Below, in pieces: positions 47,283 through 55,797 of a stretch of 64,000 nt of DNA. The stretch's first letter is position 1. Each line of letters starts with the position of its first letter. Source of the DNA: an uncultured Armatimonadetes bacterium (GTDB taxonomy: Bacteria > Armatimonadota > Hebobacteria > Hebobacterales > Hebobacteraceae); the NCBI GenBank assembly GCA_963716175.1, contig OY970296.1, positions 1,376,001-1,440,000 on the forward strand, given 5' to 3'. The position numbers and the translations under genes are program-made. The notes under the pieces are model-generated. The model was not told the origin of the DNA and did no database searches. It saw only the letters and a list, made by a program, of their open reading frames with translations.

Positions 47283-48758
47283 ATGAGTAGGCGCTTCCTC
47301 TCCAAGTTAATGGCCGTGCTGGCTGTCGTCCTCGCCGGGCTGCTGTTGGGGCCGGCCGTGCCCCGCGGCTGGGCGGGCGAAGGCGCCGCCGAGAGCGGGG
47401 CTGCGGGAAGCTCGGGGGAGGCGAAGGCCGGGGAGAGCACAGAGAAGAAGGCGGAGGAGGGCAAAGACAAGGCCAAGGACAAGGAGACGGCGGCGGAGCC
47501 GGAGATCACCATCTCGCCCCGCGGGGTGACGGTGCACGCGGTCAATGTCTACGCCTGCCGGCTCTTCACCCGGCTGGCCGACCGGACGCGCCTGCAGTTG
47601 GTGGCGGACGACACCATCAAAGACCGCAAGGTGACGGTGCACCTGACCGACAAGACGCCGCAGGAGGTCATCAGCTGCATCGTCTCGGCCTACGGCCTCT
47701 CCTCCCGCGAGGTCAACGGGATCACCATGATCAGCGAGGGGATCCCGCGGAAGCCCTCCTCTTACCTGCTGAGCGACATCGAGTCCATCCCCACCCAGTA
47801 CGTGGAAGCGAACAGCGCCAAGGGGCTGCTCCCGGTCTTCCTGCAGGACCACGTGAAGGTGAACTTCGAGCAGAACGCGGTGGTGCTGTCCGCCCCCAGC
47901 GATGTGCTCAAGAAGTTCCGCCAGGACATCCGCCAGTTCGATATCCCCGCGGCGCAGATCATGCTGGAGATCCTGGTGGTGGAGTTCACGGACTTCGACT
48001 CGGCGCAGTACGACCTGGGGCTGCGCTGGCAGAACGCGGGGCGGGGTGCCGAGGTCGGCACGCTGGCGCTGCCCATGGATAACCCGAACCTGGAGGAGCG
48101 GGGGATGGGGGAGGTGGTGGTGCAGGGGGTGGCCGACCTTCCCACCCAGTTCCGCGCGCGGCTGGAGGCGCTGGTCACCGCCCGCCGTGCCCGGGTGCGG
48201 GCGGCCCCCCGCATTGCCACCCTGAGCGGGCGGTGGGCGAACTTCTTCGTGGGCATCCAGCGTTACCTGCGGGAGCCCATCGAGATGCCGCCGGAGCGAG
48301 GGCAAGGAGGAGAGCAGGACCAATGGTTCGGGGGGCCCCAGCTCAAGAACTTCATTGACGCCGGGGTGAAGCTTAATATCCAGGCCTGGACCGGGGACGG
48401 CAAGGAGATCATCTGCGACATCCACCCCGAGGTCTCCACCCTGTCCGCGCCCGACCCCATCACCGAACTGCCGGAGAAGAGCACCCGCACCGCCAACACC
48501 ATGGTGCGCGCGCGGGACGGCCAGACCATCATCGTGGGGGGCCTGCGGCAGGAGGAGCAGCACGAGGTCAGGACCAAGGTGCCCCTGCTGGGGGACCTGC
48601 CCCTGCTGGGGTCGCTGTTCCGCTCCAAGAATAGAACCCTGACCCGCACCGACCTGGTGATCTTCATCACGCCGCGGGTGCTCTCCCAGACCGCCCACTT
48701 GTCCCCCGAGGAAGAGCGCCAGCTCCGCGATCGCTTCCTGCAGGAGCCAGCGAAATGA
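47283..48758 (+). CDS. Secretin-family protein (STN-like + N3-like + secretin domain), paralog 1
   Basis: Signal peptide, QIMLEILVVE, AAPRIATLSG, DGQTIIVGGL, KVPLLGDLPLLGSLFR and LVIFITPRVL. Confidence 0.88.
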   Translation: MSRRFLSKLMAVLAVVLAGLLLGPAVPRGWAGEGAAESGAAGSSGEAKAGESTEKKAEEGKDKAKDKETAAEPEITISPRGVTVHAVNVYACRLFTRLADRTRLQLVADDTIKDRKVTVHLTDKTPQEVISCIVSAYGLSSREVNGITMISEGIPRKPSSYLLSDIESIPTQYVEANSAKGLLPVFLQDHVKVNFEQNAVVLSAPSDVLKKFRQDIRQFDIPAAQIMLEILVVEFTDFDSAQYDLGLRWQNAGRGAEVGTLALPMDNPNLEERGMGEVVVQGVADLPTQFRARLEALVTARRARVRAAPRIATLSGRWANFFVGIQRYLREPIEMPPERGQGGEQDQWFGGPQLKNFIDAGVKLNIQAWTGDGKEIICDIHPEVSTLSAPDPITELPEKSTRTANTMVRARDGQTIIVGGLRQEEQHEVRTKVPLLGDLPLLGSLFRSKNRTLTRTDLVIFITPRVLSQTAHLSPEEERQLRDRFLQEPAK

Positions 48759-50524
48759 GGCGGTGGGGTGCGGTGCCGCTGCTTGGCCTGCTGGTATGCG
48801 CCCTGGCCGGGTCGCCGGCCGCGGCGCAGCGGGGCGCGGCCTACTGCAATATCATAGAAGTCAAGTCCGAGCAGCTCAGCAACGGGGTGCGGGTGACTAT
48901 CGTGGCGGACGGGGAGCTAAACTGGGATCTGGATTCCGGGCGCCTGATGGCGGAGGGCGCGCTCGAATGCCACGAAGTCTTCGGCCCGTGGGGCAGGGGC
49001 GTGAACTGCATGCCCACGGAGCGCTTCACCCGCCTGCCGTTTCGGCTGATGAACGCTCGCTCCAAGCTGGGGTCGGCCTTCGTGGCGGTGGGCAAGTACC
49101 CGGTGAGCCACGTCGAGATCTCCATCCCGGAGTGGGCGGTGGAGGGGGTCGGCCTGGAGGTGGACGTGGTCAACTACCTGGCCTGGTTCACCGGCGAAGG
49201 AGAGCTCTTCCGGGGCCGCTACGACCTCTACTTCTACCACAGCGATGATCGCAGGCAGATCATCGTGGCCTGGGTCTCAGACCGCTTTCCTCCTCCCCCG
49301 CCCCCCACCACGCCGGCCGGTCTGCCCGCAGAGCTGGAGGTGACATCGGGGCCGGAGGGGCTGAGCGTGCGCGCGGTCAACGCCAAGCTGGCGGAGGTGG
49401 CGAACGCGATTGCGGCGCAGACCGGCTTTGCGGTGTCCACGCCGGCGGACTCGGAGCTGCGGGTGAGCCTGCGCTTGCGCGACTTGCCCGCAGCAGAGGT
49501 GATCGGGGCCATCGCCAGGGGATGCGGGCTGAGCGCGGGACAGCGGCCGGACGGGTCGTGGACCGTGGCCGCGGGCGTGGGGGCCTCCGGCGGGTACGAG
49601 GTGGCGACCACGCGCCGGGTGGAGCTGCACTATCTGCGCGCCGTGGAGGCGCTCGACCTGCTGCCCAACTTCCTGCTGCAGTACCTGCACGTGGATGGGG
49701 AGGGCAATGCGATCATCGTGACCGGGCCGCCGTGGATGTGCGAGCGGGTCGCCGCCGATCTCGGCAAGCTCGACGCGCCTCCGGCGCAGGTGGCGCTGGA
49801 GGTGACGGCGGTCGAATACAGTTCGGAGGCTGCGCTGGCGCGGTCGCTCCAGTTGGATAATCGCCTGCTGGGGAGCTTCGCCGCGTCACTCACCACCCTC
49901 ACCGGCAACCTGGGCGTCCTGGTGTTGCCAGGACTATCGCGGGAGTGGGACCTGCTGCTCAACCAGCAAGAGGTCAACTCGGCGGTGCGCGTTACCTCGC
50001 GCTCCACCGTGCGCGTGCTCAACGGGCACACCTGCCGCATCTTCGCGGGACAGCAGCGCAACATCATCATCCAGCAGATCGAGGAGGGGGTGACGGCCAA
50101 CATCCTGCCCGTTGACATCGGCACCAGCCTGCAGCTTCAGCCTCGCCTGGGCGAAGGGGATGAAGCAGTGCTGCATGTCACGGTGAAGATAAACACGCTG
50201 AAGAGCACCGATCCTGAGTCCGGGCTGCCGGTGGTCTCGCTGCGCAGCGCCGACGTGACGGCGCGGGTGAAGGATGGAGAGACCATCGCGGTGGCGGGCC
50301 TGGAGCTGGCGGAGGAGAGCCGGGAGTCGCGGCGGGTGCCGGTCCTGAGCAGCCTGCCGCTGATCGGCGGCCTGTTCCGGGCCCCCTCTCGCTCCCGATC
50401 GGAGACTCACCTGGCGGTGTTCATCACGCCCCACGTTATCCGCGGTGCCGAGGCCTCCCCGAGCTCACCGGGCCCCACCGACCGCGCGCAGTCGGCAGCG
50501 CAAGGAGGATCCGGGCATGGCTAG
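48755..50524 (+). CDS. Secretin-family protein with extra N-terminal domain, paralog 2
   Basis: Signal peptide, DGETIAVAGL, RVPVLSSLPLIGGLFR and LAVFITPHVI. Confidence 0.85.
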   Translation: MRRWGAVPLLGLLVCALAGSPAAAQRGAAYCNIIEVKSEQLSNGVRVTIVADGELNWDLDSGRLMAEGALECHEVFGPWGRGVNCMPTERFTRLPFRLMNARSKLGSAFVAVGKYPVSHVEISIPEWAVEGVGLEVDVVNYLAWFTGEGELFRGRYDLYFYHSDDRRQIIVAWVSDRFPPPPPPTTPAGLPAELEVTSGPEGLSVRAVNAKLAEVANAIAAQTGFAVSTPADSELRVSLRLRDLPAAEVIGAIARGCGLSAGQRPDGSWTVAAGVGASGGYEVATTRRVELHYLRAVEALDLLPNFLLQYLHVDGEGNAIIVTGPPWMCERVAADLGKLDAPPAQVALEVTAVEYSSEAALARSLQLDNRLLGSFAASLTTLTGNLGVLVLPGLSREWDLLLNQQEVNSAVRVTSRSTVRVLNGHTCRIFAGQQRNIIIQQIEEGVTANILPVDIGTSLQLQPRLGEGDEAVLHVTVKINTLKSTDPESGLPVVSLRSADVTARVKDGETIAVAGLELAEESRESRRVPVLSSLPLIGGLFRAPSRSRSETHLAVFITPHVIRGAEASPSSPGPTDRAQSAAQGGSGHG

Positions 50525-52265
50525 ATGCCTCCGCCACTTGTGGGTGATGGCGGTCCTGCTCTGGGCGGCATCGTCCGCTCACGCTCTGGTGTACTGCAAC
50601 ATCACCAGCATCGAGACCGAGCAGTTGAGCAACGGGGTGCAAGTCACGGTGAAGGCAGACGGGATTCTGCGCCGCCACTGGGGCGGCCCCTATGAGGGCG
50701 ACCACCACGGCCCGGGGGTCAGCCGGCTGGAGGTGGTGTTCGAGAACGCCCGCAACCAGACGGGCAAGAACTTCATTGACGTGAGCGAGTTCCCGGTCAG
50801 CCACATCGAGCTGTCGGTGCCCCAGGACGCGCCCGAGGGGATCGGGGTGAACATGGCCGTGGTGATGTACGAGCCCTCTCAGACCAGCATCACAGAGAGC
50901 TCGGACCGCCAGAGCGTGATCATTACCGTGAGCAGTAGCCGCACCCTGGAGCAGAGGCAGAAAGCGAAGGCCGCGAAGGCGGCGGAGCAGAAGACCGACA
51001 TCGCGGTGACGGTGGCCGGCGATCGGGTCACGGTCACCGCGGCCAAGGCTGAGCTGGCCCAGGTGCTGGGGGAGATCGCCCGGAAGACCGGGGTCAATAT
51101 CGCGGTGGATGATGCCATCCAGGCGGAGGTGAACCTGCGTCTGAGCGACCTCTCGGTGGGGGAGGTGCTGCGCGCCATCGCCAGCGCCTATGGCCTGGCC
51201 CTGAGCGAGCAGGACGGGGTCTACATGTTCAGCCGGGGCGTCCCCCAGGACCTGGCCGCCTACCGGCTGAGCGGGACGGCTTCCTTCCCGCTGCGCTACA
51301 CCACTGCCAAGGCGGCCTCGGGGCTGCTGCCGACCTTCCTCTACAGCTACCTGCACGTGAACGAGGGACAGAACGCGGTGGTGGTGACCGCGCCCCAGCA
51401 GATGCTGGACAAGATCAGCGCCGACCTGCAGGCGGTGGACATCGCGCCACCTCAGATTCTGATCGAGGCCCTCGCCTGCGAGTTCACCGACACCCGCGAC
51501 CTGGAGAAAGCGCTGCGCGCCTTCCGGGGGGACGTGAGCGGCAAGACCACGGCCTACGACATCTACGATGAGTACGGCTACTGGGCGGGCGTCGAGAACG
51601 GGCCGCCGGTGTTCTCGGGCACCCTGAACGCGGGCAGCGGAGAGATCGCCTATTCCAATATCGGGGAGCTGCCCAACGACTTCGAGGCCCGGATTCGCGC
51701 GCTGGAGACGGACCAGCGGGCGCGGGTGCGGGCGGCGCCTCGGATGGCGGTGATCAACGGGCACGCCGCGGACATCTTCATCGGGGTGCGCAAGTTCATC
51801 AAAGTGGAAGTGATCACCTATGGCCAGAAGGCGGAGAAGATCCAGGGGGTGGATGTGGGGGTGAAGCTCCGGGTGACTCCCCTCACCGGCGGCGGAGGCG
51901 AGATCACGCTGAACATTGATCCCGCCGGTACGGAGGTGAGCAACGTCTCGGAGGTTGATCCCCGCACCGGCCTGCCGGTGCTGAGCACGCGCCAGGCGGG
52001 GACGACGGTGCGGGTGAAAGACCACGAGACGGTGATGATCGGGGGGCTGATGCAGCGCCAGACCGAGGACCGGACGACCAAGATTCCGGTGCTGGGCGAC
52101 CTGCCCCTGGTGGGCGCGCTGTTCCGCAGCCACAGCCGGAGCACCGTGAACTCGGACCTGGTGGTCTTCATCACCCCGCATATCCTGACCGCGGAGGGGC
52201 GACTGCCGGGTCCGGAGGAAGACCAGATTCGGAAGCGCTTTGGGGTGCCGGGCGCGGCGCAGTGA
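50517..52265 (+). CDS. Secretin-family protein with extra N-terminal domain, paralog 3
   Basis: AAGGAGG RBS, signal peptide, QILIEA, VMIGGL, KIPVLGDLPLVGALFR and LVVFITPHIL. Confidence 0.88.
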   Translation: MARCLRHLWVMAVLLWAASSAHALVYCNITSIETEQLSNGVQVTVKADGILRRHWGGPYEGDHHGPGVSRLEVVFENARNQTGKNFIDVSEFPVSHIELSVPQDAPEGIGVNMAVVMYEPSQTSITESSDRQSVIITVSSSRTLEQRQKAKAAKAAEQKTDIAVTVAGDRVTVTAAKAELAQVLGEIARKTGVNIAVDDAIQAEVNLRLSDLSVGEVLRAIASAYGLALSEQDGVYMFSRGVPQDLAAYRLSGTASFPLRYTTAKAASGLLPTFLYSYLHVNEGQNAVVVTAPQQMLDKISADLQAVDIAPPQILIEALACEFTDTRDLEKALRAFRGDVSGKTTAYDIYDEYGYWAGVENGPPVFSGTLNAGSGEIAYSNIGELPNDFEARIRALETDQRARVRAAPRMAVINGHAADIFIGVRKFIKVEVITYGQKAEKIQGVDVGVKLRVTPLTGGGGEITLNIDPAGTEVSNVSEVDPRTGLPVLSTRQAGTTVRVKDHETVMIGGLMQRQTEDRTTKIPVLGDLPLVGALFRSHSRSTVNSDLVVFITPHILTAEGRLPGPEEDQIRKRFGVPGAAQ

Positions 52266-52443
52266 GTGCGTCAGGCTGGGGGTGGCCCGCCCACGGTCTC
52301 GGCACTGAACTGCCGAGACACCGCACCAGCACCGCCAACGCGAAGCAGCAGGCGCGCCCGACGCCCGCTGCTTTCAGCGCTTCGAGCCAGAACCGAGGGG
52401 CCAGTGGCCTCTGGTCCTGGCATCAGGTCTCGAGGGCGCGCAG

Positions 52444-52665
52444 CTACCTGGGCTGGGCCCGCTTCGCCTGGGCCACCAGTTGCCGCACACGCTGACCACC
52501 TTTGCGCCCGATGCGCTCGTAGAACTGCGGGCCGTGGCGCTTCTTGGTGGTCTCGCCTCCCTTGCGTCCGATGGACTCGTAGAACTCGGGGCCGTGCCGA
52601 GCCTTGGTCGCGCGGCCGCCCTTGCGGCCCGCTTCGCGCACGGTCATCACGCCCTTCTCAGCCAT
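52444..52665 (-). CDS. KGG-repeat (GsiB/Em-like) general stress protein
   Basis: MTVREAGRKGG and twice HGP.FYE.IGRKGG. Confidence 0.88.
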   Translation of the reverse strand: MAEKGVMTVREAGRKGGRATKARHGPEFYESIGRKGGETTKKRHGPQFYERIGRKGGQRVRQLVAQAKRAQPR

Positions 52666-52775
52666 TCCTGTTCACCTCCCCCGGTCGGTGCCATACAACC
52701 CACCTATCATGGCAAGTCGGATGGGCTCACTAACAGCAATGCAAGCGGCAGACCTCCGATCCTGCCAGCACGGGG

Positions 52776-52804
52776 ATTATACCCAGTCCTAAGTAGTCAA
52801 GCAA
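52776..52804 (-). promoter_or_regulatory. Possible sigma70-type promoter for the KGG gene
   Basis: TTGCTT-17 bp-TATAAT on the minus strand. Confidence 0.5.
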
Positions 52805-52839
52805 TCAACCGGCAAGGCTTTTTGCCGACCAATTGTCGC

Positions 52840-53847
52840 CTAATCAGCCAGGCCTTGGCAGATCCCCTCACGGGTGACTACTGACCGGCACAGCGATACC
52901 TCTGCGGGCAGGCGAGCCCCCGCCCATACCACTACCCGCCAAAGGCGGCTGCCCTCCGGCACTCGCACCTCCGGCCCCAGAGCGGTACCCCCACCCAGCG
53001 AGGCCTTGGCGCCCACCGCGCAGCGGTCGCCCAGGATCAGAGGTGGGGTCAGCTTCGCCTGCGGGTGAACCTGGCACTCCTCCCCCAGCCACAGGCCGGG
53101 CTCGATCTCGCGTCCCTCCACCCGGACCACCACGCGGCGCTCCAGGACGTCGGGCTGGGCGGCGAGATAGTCGCTGATGCTGCCGATATCCCGCCAGTAA
53201 CCGGGGAGGCGGAAGCCGTAGAAGGGCACCCCGGCGGCCACCATGGCGGGGAAGACTTGAAAGCCAAAGTCATAGACCTGGTCCGGAGGGATGAAGTCGA
53301 AGACCTCTGGCTCGAAGAGGTAGATCTGCGTGTTGGCGGTCTTGCTGGGCGCCGGGCCCTTGGGCTTCTCCACGAAGCGCTGCACCCGGCCCTCCTCATC
53401 GGTCACGACGATGCCGAACTGGGAAGTCTCCTCGACCTCAGCGAGGCCGATGCTGGCGATGGCACCCACGCGCCGATGGTGTGCGAGCAGAGCGGACAGA
53501 TCCATGTCGGTGAGATCGTCGGCCCCGATCACCAGGAAGGTATCGTCACCGAGGAAATCCCGGCAGCGCCTCACCCCGCCGGCGATCCCCCAGAGCTTCT
53601 CCTCGTGGGAATAAGTGAGATGGACGCCGCAGCGCGAGCCATCACCGAAGTAGTCCATCACTGGCTGGGGGCGGTAATGGAGGTTGGCGATGATCTCGGT
53701 GAAGCCGTGGCGGGCGAGGTGCTCCAGGATGTGGCACATCACGGGGCGGTTGGCGATGGGCAGGAGGGGCTTGGGCAGATAATCGGTGAGCGGCCGCATC
53801 CGGTCGCCGAGGCCGGCGGCCAGCACCATTGCCTTCATCCCGGCCAT
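52840..53847 (-). CDS. NDP-sugar pyrophosphorylase (mannose-1-phosphate guanylyltransferase-like)
   Basis: MVLAAGLGDRMRPLT..PKPLLP, FVEKP, YWRDIG and a C-terminal left-handed beta-helix. Confidence 0.9.
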   Translation of the reverse strand: MAGMKAMVLAAGLGDRMRPLTDYLPKPLLPIANRPVMCHILEHLARHGFTEIIANLHYRPQPVMDYFGDGSRCGVHLTYSHEEKLWGIAGGVRRCRDFLGDDTFLVIGADDLTDMDLSALLAHHRRVGAIASIGLAEVEETSQFGIVVTDEEGRVQRFVEKPKGPAPSKTANTQIYLFEPEVFDFIPPDQVYDFGFQVFPAMVAAGVPFYGFRLPGYWRDIGSISDYLAAQPDVLERRVVVRVEGREIEPGLWLGEECQVHPQAKLTPPLILGDRCAVGAKASLGGGTALGPEVRVPEGSRLWRVVVWAGARLPAEVSLCRSVVTREGICQGLAD

Positions 53848-53848
53848 G

Positions 53849-54265
53849 CTATGCTCTTTCCGGCGGGCCCGGCCTCCCCCCGGTTACCTGGGCGATGGCG
53901 CGGGCCAGCTGCTCTTGGATGATGGGTTTGGTCAGCACCATGCAGGCGCCGGCCGCCAGGCCGCGATCAATGCGCTCGTCGCCGTAGGCGGTGACCAGGA
54001 TCACCCGGGTGGGGGCCTCTGACATGATCACCCGCGTGGCCTCAGTGCCATCCTTGCCGGGTAGGCCTATATCCATCAGCACTACGTCGGGGCGGAGCGC
54101 CCGCGCCTGCTCGACGGCATTGTCGGCGTCTCGCGCGGTGCCCACCACCTCGCAGCCGATGGCCTCGAGCTGTACTGTGAGGCTGAGGGAGATCACGAAC
54201 TCGTCTTCCACCACCAACACCCGAGGCCGTCCAGTCTGTGGTCCGGTCGCGCCGGTGTCGCTCAT
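53849..54265 (-). CDS. Single-domain response regulator (REC)
   Basis: VLVVEDE, PDVVLMDIGLPGKDG, VTAY and KP. Confidence 0.92.
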   Translation of the reverse strand: MSDTGATGPQTGRPRVLVVEDEFVISLSLTVQLEAIGCEVVGTARDADNAVEQARALRPDVVLMDIGLPGKDGTEATRVIMSEAPTRVILVTAYGDERIDRGLAAGACMVLTKPIIQEQLARAIAQVTGGRPGPPERA

Positions 54266-54278
54266 GTCGCCTCCACAG

Positions 54279-55251
54279 TCATGCGGTCTCCTTCCCTTCG
54301 ACCGGCCCCAGCCGGGAGAGCAATCGCAGCAGCTGGCTGCCTACATCGGCCTGCTCGATCACCACCTGGGCGGAGGCCGGCAGTGGCACCGCGGTGAGGT
54401 TGAGCACGGCCTTAACGCCGGCCTGGGCCAGTTCCTGCACCATCTCGGGGCGCGCCGCCTCCTGGCAGGCCACCACCGCGATGGTGGTGCCAGTGGCTCG
54501 GGCCTCCTCGGGCGCCTGCTCCAGGGGAAGCACGAGGAGCCCGGCGACGCTGGTCCCGATGCGGGAGGGGTCGGGGTCGAAGACGGCCACGAGCCAGCAG
54601 TTCATCGTCGCCAGCGCCTCCCGCGCGGCGGTCCTCCTGGAGACGGCGCGTGCCCAGCCACATCGCTGGGCGCACATGCTCCAGCTTCAGGCCGCGCCGG
54701 ATGGCGCGCCGGAGACCCTCCACCTCGTAGCCGCGCCCGGGGGTGCCGAAGTGGCCCAGCGTGGCCAGGTCTCGTCTCACCAGACCCGACCTCACCCCGA
54801 CCGCGCGCGCCAGGTGGTGAGAGGAGACGGTGAGCAGACCTCGCTCGGCATACTCATCAATCACCTGAAGATAGATGCGGACTCGCTCCGTCGCCCCCCT
54901 GGCGAGGGCCGATCCCTGACGGCTGCGGATGGCCAGGCCCTTGGTTACCTCCAGGGCCTCGCGGAACTGCTCGTATCCGGCGCTCTCCCCGAAGCGGCCG
55001 CGCAGAGGGCAGTTGCCGGCAGGCCAGGGCTTCACCCGGCAGGGCGACTCGGTGCACTCGTAACAGCCGACGACGCCAAGCTTGCGCACGCACGCGTAGA
55101 TGGCGCAAGCGGATGCTCCATCATGCAGCAGCCGAACATTGCCGCGAGCACAGCCCAGGCAGTCCCCGCTCAGGTGCAGGCCGCAGGTGCTGCAATCGTA
55201 CACAGCACAGCGGGAACGGCTGGCGCGTTGTCTGGGGCTGCTCGTGGGCAC
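54279..55251 (-). CDS. Rex-like transcriptional regulator with N-terminal DUF3795-like Cys-rich domain; frameshift at ~54630
   Basis: Rex wHTH (VSSHHLA...LVRRDLATLGHFGTPGRGYEV), continuing in another frame as VAVFDPDPSRIG...AGVKAVLNL. N-terminal CxxC/CxGC/CxIxxC/CxxC..PC pattern. Confidence 0.8.
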
Positions 55252-55436
55252 CGCCTCACCTCGCGCCTTTTTGATTCGACGTGGGGCGGAATACTCCTGG
55301 CTTTGCCGGTCGGCCCGACCCCGCAACCGGCAAGCGCATGGCGGGAAGAAGATGGAGCGATTGGGGAGCGGGATTGAAAGCCGAAGGCGCGGCCCAGGTG
55401 CACAAGGGGAGGTGACAAAGAATTTCGTGGACTGGC

Positions 55437-55465
55437 TTGACGCGGGGAGAAGAACCGCCTATACT
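55437..55465 (+). promoter_or_regulatory. Sigma70-type promoter for the MerR-like/ROK genes
   Basis: TTGACG-17 bp-TATACT. Confidence 0.65.
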
Positions 55466-55499
55466 TCCGGTGTACACATAAGCTTAAGTGGGGGCCGCC

Positions 55500-55780
55500 T
55501 TGCGTCCAGATGTCCTGAGCGAGCTCCACCCGATGGCAGATCTGCTGGCGAACTGCCCCGGCATGACCAAGGAACATGTCTACTACCTTGAGCAGCGCGG
55601 CTACCTCAAGCCCATCAAGCAACGCCACGGCAAGATTGAGCGCAACCTCTACACCAGGGAGCAGTTCCAGCTTGTCCAAGCCATCTGGCGCCATCGCCAG
55701 GCCGGTGTCCCCCCACGGGAGGCCTACCAGCGGGCGCTCCGGGAGCGGTCCGGGGACAGCTCGCGATCTGGACCGAGTAA
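55500..55780 (+). CDS. Small MerR-like HTH protein; probable frameshift at ~55753
   Basis: VYYLEQRGYLKP...RNLYT.EQ..LV..I...RQAGV. One more G gives the C-terminus SGGQLAIWTE* ending just before the next RBS. Start site uncertain. Confidence 0.7.
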
Positions 55781-55797
55781 GCGGGGGGAAAGCGGTG

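Noticed and set aside
55410-55432. Rex operator in the divergent intergenic region
   Set aside because: GTGACAAAGAATTTCGT does not fit the TTGTGAA-N4-TTCACAA palindrome.
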